Positions 6,791 through 14,323 of a DNA stretch of 32,000 nt are shown here, one piece after another. The translations under genes were made by a program, and so were the position numbers. Every line of letters starts with the position of its first letter. Position 1 is the first letter of the stretch. A model generated the notes under the pieces. That model saw only the letters and a list, made by a program, of their open reading frames with translations. It did no database searches and was not told where the DNA came from. The DNA comes from Desulfobulbus propionicus DSM 2032 (GTDB taxonomy: Bacteria; Desulfobacterota; Desulfobulbia; Desulfobulbales; Desulfobulbaceae): the NCBI RefSeq assembly GCF_000186885.1, contig NC_014972.1, positions 120,001-152,000 of the forward strand, read 5' to 3'.

Positions 6791-9514
6791 ATGAAGAAAT
6801 ATTACTTTTTATATCGTCATTCGTCGTTATTTTTTTTTATGGGTCTCTCTTTTTTCCAATCCATTGAAGATGCAAAAACAATCTCTCAATCACGCCTTGA
6901 GCGTGAGAAGTCGGCTCTCAACTCCCTGCAGCATATCTCTGACGCTCTTCTGCACGAGAGACAGTGGCTGTTCCAACAGATCGCGAACAGTGACAAAGTG
7001 CGGGGATACTTCATCGGTGAATCGGTCGGCATGACCAAAGAATATGGTCTCAAGGCCGGGGCCGACGCAGTTACCAGGTACTTTGATGAGGTGATCTCTG
7101 GGAAAGGAAAAGATCGTCATTTTTCAGCGCTGGTCCTCTATGACCGCCAGGGACAGGTCATTGCCCAGGCCGGGCCATCGTTTCCCCTGGATAGAAACGA
7201 ACTTGCCGCCGGCGAGGTTGGATTCCAGGTGCAAAGCGACGAGGCGTTGGGGGATTACCTGCTCCTGACCGCCAGTGTCACGGTGGCAGGGGAGGCCGTC
7301 GGCGCACTGGTCGGCGTCATCTCCCTGGAAAGCTGGTTCACGCACCTGTTCGCTTCTGATCAGGCGAGTCCTCCTCTACCAAACCTCGACTTGGTCTTGC
7401 TGGTCGGTCCGACGCGAATCCATCCAGCTACCGTCCACGAGGCGATCAAAAAACCTGCGCGCAGTTTGGTCGAAGAGGCCAGAGCCACGGCCCAGCCTGC
7501 TTTCGCCTCCATCCTGGAAGACGAGGCCGGCAGCACCCTGGTTTTCGTCCTCAACCATTCACCCTACAGTGACCTGAACCTTGTCCGGGTGATGGAAGCT
7601 GATCTCGTGGGCCTCGGTTCCGATGGATATACCCGGCATGTATTCATTGGTGTTTTTTTCGCTCTGACTGTGCTTTTCTTTCTCCTGGCCCTGCGCTTGT
7701 ACTACAGATCGATTTTCCTCGCGGCGGAAGTGACCGCTACTCAGCAAGCGAATGCGCTCGTCACCAGCAAGAACGAACAACTTGTTCGGGAGATGGCGGA
7801 GAAAAAGCGAATCAGGGAGGCCCTGGCATCGAGGGAATCGCTGCTGTCTGGTCTCATCAACACAACGCCCGACCTGATTTTCTACACTGACAGCGATGCC
7901 GCTGTTCTTGGCTCCAATGCCTCTTTCAATCAGTTTTTTGCCATTACCGATGCCAACGCTACCGGGTCGGACCAACGCGCCATCACCCGGTTTTTTTCGT
8001 TCATCAATGAGCACAGGCAGGCTGTCTTGGTGGACAGGAAGACGGTGTCGTTGGAGGAGTGGGTACGGAACACTGCCGGTGAGGAACAGCTGTTCGATTG
8101 TCTGATCACCCCTTTCATAAAGGAAGACGAGGAACGCCCGGGCCTGTTGGGTGTTTTCCGCGATGTCACCGACAACCGTCGCCTGGCCCTGGAAGTGCAG
8201 CGCCAGGAAGAACAGTTTAAGCTCATCCTGGAGGGGGTCAATATCGGGGTATGGAGAGTGTGTGTGGACACGGGCGAGGTACAGGTGAGCAAGGCCGGGG
8301 AACTGCTCGGCTTTGCCCCGGAGAAACTCGAACATCTCACCATCGAAACCTTTCTTGACCTTATCCATCCGGCGGAACAGTCAGGCCTGCATCGGCTACT
8401 CCTCGACTGCCTTGAGGGCGAAAGCAATTTTCTGGAACACGAGTTCCGCATGCGCCACCAAGACGGTTGCTGGACCTGGGTCTTTGCGAAAGGACGGATG
8501 TTCAGCCAAAACGAGCTGCGTCAGGGGCGATGGTTCGTCGCCATACTCGTGGACATTTCCAGTAGAATATCGGCGGAACAGGAACTGCAGGCGATGAACA
8601 ACTTGCTGGAAGAACGCATCGCCCAACGGACGGAAGAATTGAACAAGGTGTACGCCCAGCTGATGCAGCAGGAAAAGATGGTGGCCCTGGGGCAATTGGC
8701 CGCGGGTATTTCCCATGAACTCAACAACCCGGTCAATTTCATTCAGATCAATTTCGCCACGCTGCAGGGCTACTTCACGGATTTCATGGAACTGTACCGG
8801 TTGTACCGGGAGTCCTTGGAGGGCCTTGATACCAGGGAACACTCACCGGTACGTCGTGCGCTCGACAAAAGGGAACAGGAGATACAGTTGCGCGAGATCC
8901 TGCTCGACATTCCGCTCCTGTTCGACGAGACGGAAAGAGGCTTCGACCGTGTCGCCCACATCATCGGGTCGATGCGCAACTTCAGCCGACAGAACAAGGA
9001 AACGGTCTTAGAAGAGGTGGATATCAACGAGTGCATCCAGGACACCATCACCCTGGCATACAGCCTGTACAAGTATGAGGCGGACGTTCTCACCCGGCTG
9101 TACAAGTATGAGGCGGACGTTCTCACCCGGCTGGGGCAGCTACCACGCATCCAGGGCGTCGGCGAGTTGCTCAATCAAGTTTTTCTCAATCTGATAGTGA
9201 ATGCCGCGCAGGCCATTCGCGACAGCGAGACCCGCGATCGGGGGCGGATTGTCATCGAAACATGGAGTGACGCTGACAATGTCCACTGCACGGTAAAGGA
9301 TGACGGCCCGGGGATTACTGAGGAGCATCTGCCGCGGTTGTTCGAGCCGTTCTTCACGACCAAGGAGCCGGGAAACGGGACGGGCCTGGGCTTGAGCGTT
9401 TCCTATGACATTGTGGTGAACAAGCACAACGGCAGCCTGGTTGCCGGCAACCAGGTCAAAGGCGGCGCGGTGTTCACGGTCAGCCTGCCGCTGCGGCAGC
9501 CGAACCTGCAGTGA
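6791..9514 (+). CDS. sensor histidine kinase (signal anchor, ~260-aa extracytoplasmic domain, TM, 2 PAS, HisKA, HATPase_c)
   Basis: 907-aa ORF. TM helix [26 protein letters not shown]-like regions. H-box [16 protein letters not shown]-box [17 protein letters not shown]-boxes KDDGPGI and [10 protein letters not shown]. Confidence 0.9.
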   Translation: MKKYYFLYRHSSLFFFMGLSFFQSIEDAKTISQSRLEREKSALNSLQHISDALLHERQWLFQQIANSDKVRGYFIGESVGMTKEYGLKAGADAVTRYFDEVISGKGKDRHFSALVLYDRQGQVIAQAGPSFPLDRNELAAGEVGFQVQSDEALGDYLLLTASVTVAGEAVGALVGVISLESWFTHLFASDQASPPLPNLDLVLLVGPTRIHPATVHEAIKKPARSLVEEARATAQPAFASILEDEAGSTLVFVLNHSPYSDLNLVRVMEADLVGLGSDGYTRHVFIGVFFALTVLFFLLALRLYYRSIFLAAEVTATQQANALVTSKNEQLVREMAEKKRIREALASRESLLSGLINTTPDLIFYTDSDAAVLGSNASFNQFFAITDANATGSDQRAITRFFSFINEHRQAVLVDRKTVSLEEWVRNTAGEEQLFDCLITPFIKEDEERPGLLGVFRDVTDNRRLALEVQRQEEQFKLILEGVNIGVWRVCVDTGEVQVSKAGELLGFAPEKLEHLTIETFLDLIHPAEQSGLHRLLLDCLEGESNFLEHEFRMRHQDGCWTWVFAKGRMFSQNELRQGRWFVAILVDISSRISAEQELQAMNNLLEERIAQRTEELNKVYAQLMQQEKMVALGQLAAGISHELNNPVNFIQINFATLQGYFTDFMELYRLYRESLEGLDTREHSPVRRALDKREQEIQLREILLDIPLLFDETERGFDRVAHIIGSMRNFSRQNKETVLEEVDINECIQDTITLAYSLYKYEADVLTRLYKYEADVLTRLGQLPRIQGVGELLNQVFLNLIVNAAQAIRDSETRDRGRIVIETWSDADNVHCTVKDDGPGITEEHLPRLFEPFFTTKEPGNGTGLGLSVSYDIVVNKHNGSLVAGNQVKGGAVFTVSLPLRQPNLQ
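9065..9130 (+). repeat. perfect 33-bp tandem duplication inside the kinase gene (in frame, 11 aa)
   Basis: CTGTACAAGTATGAGGCGGACGTTCTCACCCGG occurs at 9065-9097 and again at 9098-9130, giving [11 protein letters not shown] twice just upstream of the N-box. The next three bases (CTG) repeat the first three bases of the unit. Confidence 0.95.
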
Positions 9515-9641
9515 GGGCTGGGAGACGACCGGCCGCGGCGGGGATTTGTTTTCCTGCGGGGATGAGAAAGCGGTAAGGGAATAAGTTCCCGTGCCTGTCC
9601 ACGGTGAGGGCTGAGTGCGCTTTGCGCGGCAGGCTGACCGT

Positions 9642-10148
9642 TCAGGCGTCGAGGATGAAATAGCCTTCCTCATCGCGCGGCGGCAGGGTAGTGATGCCCG
9701 GATAGTCCCGCTCCAGTTCGCTCAGGAGCATTTCCCTGATGTTGGCGGCAGGGACCAACAGGTCGGTCTCCCGGGCCTCGACCCGCTTCATGGCCACGGC
9801 CACAGCCCGTTTGAACAGGGCAAGGCGGATCGGCTTGAGCAGGAACTTGAACATGCCCACTTCGTTGATCGCCTCGAGGATGATCTCCACATCAGGGTAA
9901 GCGGTGAGCATGATCAGCAGGACACGCGGGTGTGACTTCTTGATCTGCTTCATGAGCACCAGTCCGTCCATGCCTGGCATGCGGTAGTCGGATACGACCA
10001 CCTGCACGGTCTGCTCGTCGAGGACGGCAAGAGCCTGCGGCCCGTTCTCGGCCACCAGGACACTGTAGGGTTCCTGGCGCAGGGCCCTCTGCATGCCATG
10101 CAGGAAGGACGGTTCATCGTCGACAAGCAACAAGGTCTGCTGTTTCAT
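9642..10148 (-). CDS. response regulator (REC plus ~45-aa C-terminal tail)
   Basis: ORF 9642..10454. ATG 10148 (MKQQTLLLVDDEPSF) has GAGGAAG upstream. Motifs: VVVSDYRMPGMDG, MLTAY, FLLKP. Confidence 0.85.
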   Translation of the reverse strand: MKQQTLLLVDDEPSFLHGMQRALRQEPYSVLVAENGPQALAVLDEQTVQVVVSDYRMPGMDGLVLMKQIKKSHPRVLLIMLTAYPDVEIILEAINEVGMFKFLLKPIRLALFKRAVAVAMKRVEARETDLLVPAANIREMLLSELERDYPGITTLPPRDEEGYFILDA

Positions 10149-10410
10149 GATCGTGGTCTTCCTCGATACGCGTGCATGCAATTTGTGCGTCCGGGGCTCA
10201 TGCCCCGATAGCTGTTTCGCCGGGATGGTCGCCTCCCTAGCGCCCACTCTCCCGTTCCCGTAATCACTAATCCCGCCGGCAGTCGCCAGTGCTTCTCTCT
10301 TGCTGCGCCGACATGCTTGGCTAACGACCTCAAATCCCTTATGGCGTCTGCTTTCGCCGCCTCGGTCTCTTGCCCGCCACAGGTGTTGGGTTGGCCTCGT
10401 GTACAACGAA

Positions 10411-10427
10411 TTGCAAAAATGATACCG
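10411..10427 (-). promoter_or_regulatory. weak sigma54-type promoter candidate facing the 10148 response regulator
   Basis: The minus strand reads CGGTATCATTTTTGCAA. GG and TTGCA are at the canonical spacing, but the -24 element is poor (CGGTAT against TGGCAC) and the leader would be about 250 nt. Confidence 0.25.
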
Positions 10428-10508
10428 ATACGTTATTGAATATTTTGTAAACATATCAAGATGTTGTCGAGCAGCGAGGGAAGCTCTCTCCAGTCAATTA
10501 TTCTCAAA

Positions 10509-10537
10509 TTGCAAAGAATACGCAGAGCGTCTATAAT
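10509..10537 (+). promoter_or_regulatory. sigma70-type promoter candidate for the NtrC-family gene
   Basis: TTGCAA (10509-10514), a 17-nt spacer, then TATAAT (10532-10537). Confidence 0.45.
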
Positions 10538-10704
10538 TTTGAATGTTATTTCATTAGCGGCGCTCTGAGTGAGCGTCGGCCACCTGTCATATGTCGGGAT
10601 TCAATGCTGGGTTTCCGGGCTGCGCCGCACGCGGCGGATGGACAGTCTACCTGGCCACGATCCGGTCAATTTCACCGTTTCTCGAGGAACGCAGGCGAAC
10701 TTTG

Positions 10705-12060
10705 ATGATTGCTGAAGCAAAAGAAGCCTTTACCATACTCGTCGTCGACGACGAGATATCTATACTCAACTCTCTCAAGCGTCTTTTTCGCAAAACCGGC
10801 TACCGCATCCTGTTGGCCGAAGACGGCCGGAAGGGGTTGGAACTGCTCGAGTCGACGCAGGTGGACCTAATGCTGCTCGATCTGAAGATGCCGGGCATGG
10901 ACGGCTTCGAGGTGTTGGAGCGGGCGTTAGAGTGTAGGCCCGCCCTGAAGATCATCATCCAGACCGGCCATGGCGGCGTGCAGGAAGCGGTAAAGGCGGT
11001 GCAGAAGGGGGCGCTCGACTTTCTCGTCAAGGGGGAGGCACTGGACGTGCTCAACAACCGTATCCGCCAGGTGTACGAACACTGGCAACTCGAACAGGAG
11101 AACCTGGCGCTGCGCAGGAAAGACGCCGAACAGTTCGAGTTCGATCGTTTAATCGGTGAATCCCCCCCCATGGTGCAACTGAAAAAGCTGATCACCAGGG
11201 TGGCGCCAACTGATTCCACGGTGCTCATCCAAGGAGAAACCGGGACCGGCAAGGAACTGATAGCCCAAGCCCTGCATCACCACTCCGAACGCAGGGACAA
11301 GCCGTTTGTGGCCATCGACTGCGCCTCGATCAGCGAGTCGGTGCTGGAATCCGAACTGTTTGGACACGAACGCGGGGCCTTCACCGGTGCCGACGCCCCT
11401 TTTCAAGGGGTGATCCGGTCGGCGGACAAGGGAACCCTTTTCCTCGATGAAATCGGTGAGATATCGACCAGCGTGCAGGCCAAGCTGCTGCGCGCCATCC
11501 AGGAGCGGAGCATCCGACCGGTGGGCTCGACCAGGTTTTACAAGGTGGATGTGCGAATCATCGCCGCCACCAACAAAATTCTGCTCAACGAGGTGGCCAA
11601 CGCCGCCTTTCGCCAGGATCTCTACTACCGCCTCAGCACGGTCACCCTGACCGCACCGCCACTACGCAAGCGCGAGAACGATATTTTCCTGCTGACGGAA
11701 TATTTTCTCGAGCAGTGCTCGGCCAGCCTGGGCAGAAGGGTCCAAATCAGTGACGAAGTCCACGAATTGTTTGCCCGCTACGAGTGGCCGGGAAATATTC
11801 GTGAGTTGGACAACGTCCTGCGCGGCGCTGCGGTTTTCTCCGACGGTGGCGTGATCGAAGCGACTGACCTGCCGCAAGCGATCCGCAGCAGCAAACCCCT
11901 GGTCGAGCCGGCGACAGAACCGGTAACCTTGGAGGCGATGGAAAAGGAGGCTATCAGAAAGGCCCTTGCCCTGAGCAAGAACAACCGCAAGGAAGCCAGG
12001 AAGATACTGGCCATCTCGGAGGCGACCCTCTACCGAAAAATCAAGAAGTACAACCTCTGA
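10705..12060 (+). CDS. sigma54-dependent response regulator (NtrC family: REC, AAA+ activator, Fis-type HTH)
   Basis: ORF 10591..12060; start probably ATG 10705 (MIAEAKEAFTILVVDDE). Walker A GETGTGKE. ESELFGHERGAFTGA (GAFTGA loop). C-terminal HTH region (KEARKILAISEATLYRKIKKY). Confidence 0.9.
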   Translation: MIAEAKEAFTILVVDDEISILNSLKRLFRKTGYRILLAEDGRKGLELLESTQVDLMLLDLKMPGMDGFEVLERALECRPALKIIIQTGHGGVQEAVKAVQKGALDFLVKGEALDVLNNRIRQVYEHWQLEQENLALRRKDAEQFEFDRLIGESPPMVQLKKLITRVAPTDSTVLIQGETGTGKELIAQALHHHSERRDKPFVAIDCASISESVLESELFGHERGAFTGADAPFQGVIRSADKGTLFLDEIGEISTSVQAKLLRAIQERSIRPVGSTRFYKVDVRIIAATNKILLNEVANAAFRQDLYYRLSTVTLTAPPLRKRENDIFLLTEYFLEQCSASLGRRVQISDEVHELFARYEWPGNIRELDNVLRGAAVFSDGGVIEATDLPQAIRSSKPLVEPATEPVTLEAMEKEAIRKALALSKNNRKEARKILAISEATLYRKIKKYNL

Positions 12061-12151
12061 TCACCGCCCCCCGTGCCGGTCTCACCCTCGCCCGGTCACC
12101 CGGGTGATCTCCTGCACCGATAGTGCGGGCCTTTTACCAGGGCGCGCCGGT

Positions 12152-14323
12152 TCAATCCCCTTTTTCCCAGTGGCGGAAGGCCTGCTGAACCACCTGACGC
12201 AGGAGATCGTCCGACCAGGGTTTCATCAGGTACTTCCACACCTCGCCGTGGTTGATGGCCTCGGTGACCGTGCCGAGTTCCGCGTAGCCGCTGAGGATGA
12301 TGCGGACCGCGTCCGGGTGGATTCTTTTCACCCGGCCGAGCAGTTGGATACCGGTCATACCCGGCATCAACTGGTCGGAGATGATCACCTGCACGGGGAT
12401 GGTGGCCATGATTTCCAGGGCCTCTTCACCGCTGGTGGCTGTGTGCACCTGGTAGCCGGAACGGTAGAACACCCGCCTCAGCCCGCGCACCACCAGCGGA
12501 TCGTCGTCCACCAGGAGCAGATGCTTCTGCCCAGCCTCCTCCACCTTGAACTGCCAGCGTTGCCCCTCGCGGAGCATGACCCCGATCTCCTCCGCCGGCC
12601 GCGGCCGGCTGAACAGGAACCCCTGCATTTGGTCACAGTGCAGGCGACGGAGAAAGGCCAGCTGTGCCTCAGTCTCCACCCCCTCGGCGATGACGTTCTT
12701 GCCCAGCTTGTGGGTCATGGCCACGGTGGCGGCGACGATCGAGGCGTTGGTCGGGTTGGTGGTAACATCGGTCACGAACGAACGGTCGATTTTCAGCAGG
12801 TCGATGGGGAATTGGCTCAGGTAGGCCAGGGACGAGTGGCCGGTGCCGAAATCGTCCAGCGACAAGCAGACGCCCCTGATCTTGAGCTGATCCACGATCT
12901 GTTTGACCCGGACGACGTTGCGCATCATGGTGCTCTCGGTCAATTCCAGCTCGAGCAGGTGCGGCTCGATGCCGCTTTCGTCAAGCAGCCGGTCGATCAG
13001 GCCGGGGAGCAAGGGATTGTGGAAGTGGTTCGCCGCCAGGTTGACCGCCACCTTCACCGGCGGCAGCCCCTCCCTCTGCCAGGCGAGGATCTGGGCGATC
13101 GCCTGCTGCAGCACCCACTCGCCGATGCCGACGATCAGGCCGGTCTCCTCCGCGATGGGAATGAAGACCCCGGGAGGCACCATGCCAGAATTTGGCCGGT
13201 TCCACCGGACCAGCGCCTCCACCCCGACAATTTCACCGGAGATCAGGCTGATCTGCGGCTGGTAGTGGAGCACGAGTTCGTTGCGTTCCACCGCGAACCG
13301 CAACTGGCTCGCCATATCCAGCTGGTCGATGGTGACCGGCTTGTTCAACGGCTGGAAAAAGCAGTAATTGTCGCCGCCTTCCTGCTTGGCGAGACGCATC
13401 GCGGTGCGGGCGTTGTTGAGCAGGCTAACGGTGTCGTCGCCGTCGCGAGGGTAACAGGCGATGCCGATACTGGCGGTGACCACCAGTTCGCACTGCGGCG
13501 TGACAACCGGCTGCCGGATCTGTTGGAGGATGCGGTTGATCAGCGTGGTGTAGCTCGCCTCGTCCCGGGCGTGCTCGAACAGGACGGCAAACTCGTCGCC
13601 GCCGAGGCGCGCCAAGATGTCATCGCGCCGCACGGCCTGGCCGATACGGTTGGCGACTTCCACCATCAGGCTGTCGGCGAGGGTGTGGCCGATCACCTCG
13701 TTGAAGGTGTGGAAGCGGTCGATGTCCAGGTAGGCGACGATCAGGGTGGTGTTCGTGGCGCCGGACCCTTCGAGCCTGCGCCTGATCGCCTGGTCCACCC
13801 GGTCATGAAACGTCGGGCGGTTGAGCAGCCCGGTCAGGGGATCGATGCTGCGGGGCAGGCCGTCCTCGCCGCTAACCGTGTCCTGTCCGTGCAGTACCTC
13901 TCGCTTGAGGGCGAAATAGCCAAGCGGCTGCCCCCGATCGTCGAGCATTGGCGATATATAGTTGAACTCCCAATATAATTCGCCGTTCTTGCGCCGGTTG
14001 AGCAGCTTGCCCTGCCATTCCCGGCCACCCTTGATGGTGGTCCACAGATGCTGGTAGACCTCGATCGGGGTGTTTCCGGACTGGAACAGGCTGGTGTTGT
14101 GGCCGAGGATTTCGTCCAAGGCGTAGCCACTCTGCTCGCACTGGCGCTGGTTGGCGTACTGCACCACGCCGTCGGCATCGGTGATGATGATGCCCGCCGT
14201 GGTCCGGTCGAGCGCCTGGGCCAGAAGCCTGGCCCCGGCCGCCTCCTGGCCGGGAAGGGGGCGGGGCGGGGTTGCCTGGGCGGGAGCGCCGGTCGCGTGG
14301 GGGGGGTACTGACCGTTGGTCAT
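12152..14323 (-). CDS. PAS-GGDEF-EAL-REC c-di-GMP turnover protein
   Basis: 723 aa. PAS (IIITDADGVVQYANQ). GGDEF (RLGGDEFAVLF). EAL (EALVRW, DDFGTGHSSL, EGVET, QGFLFSRP). C-terminal REC (LLLVDDD, IISDQLMPGMTG, LMKP). The start ATG overlaps the upstream stop as ATGA (14320-14323). Confidence 0.9.
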   Translation of the reverse strand: MTNGQYPPHATGAPAQATPPRPLPGQEAAGARLLAQALDRTTAGIIITDADGVVQYANQRQCEQSGYALDEILGHNTSLFQSGNTPIEVYQHLWTTIKGGREWQGKLLNRRKNGELYWEFNYISPMLDDRGQPLGYFALKREVLHGQDTVSGEDGLPRSIDPLTGLLNRPTFHDRVDQAIRRRLEGSGATNTTLIVAYLDIDRFHTFNEVIGHTLADSLMVEVANRIGQAVRRDDILARLGGDEFAVLFEHARDEASYTTLINRILQQIRQPVVTPQCELVVTASIGIACYPRDGDDTVSLLNNARTAMRLAKQEGGDNYCFFQPLNKPVTIDQLDMASQLRFAVERNELVLHYQPQISLISGEIVGVEALVRWNRPNSGMVPPGVFIPIAEETGLIVGIGEWVLQQAIAQILAWQREGLPPVKVAVNLAANHFHNPLLPGLIDRLLDESGIEPHLLELELTESTMMRNVVRVKQIVDQLKIRGVCLSLDDFGTGHSSLAYLSQFPIDLLKIDRSFVTDVTTNPTNASIVAATVAMTHKLGKNVIAEGVETEAQLAFLRRLHCDQMQGFLFSRPRPAEEIGVMLREGQRWQFKVEEAGQKHLLLVDDDPLVVRGLRRVFYRSGYQVHTATSGEEALEIMATIPVQVIISDQLMPGMTGIQLLGRVKRIHPDAVRIILSGYAELGTVTEAINHGEVWKYLMKPWSDDLLRQVVQQAFRHWEKGD

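Noticed and set aside
12096-12107. 12-bp perfect palindrome TCACCCGGGTGA between two convergent genes
   Set aside because: As a hairpin it would have almost no loop, and there is no U-tract on either side. I cannot support a terminator call.
12104-13978. 624-aa ORF on the plus strand
   Set aside because: It lies entirely antisense to the well-supported PAS-GGDEF-EAL-REC gene. Its composition is low-complexity and rich in Gly, Asp, His and Arg, typical of shadow ORFs in GC-rich DNA. It has no motifs and no SD.
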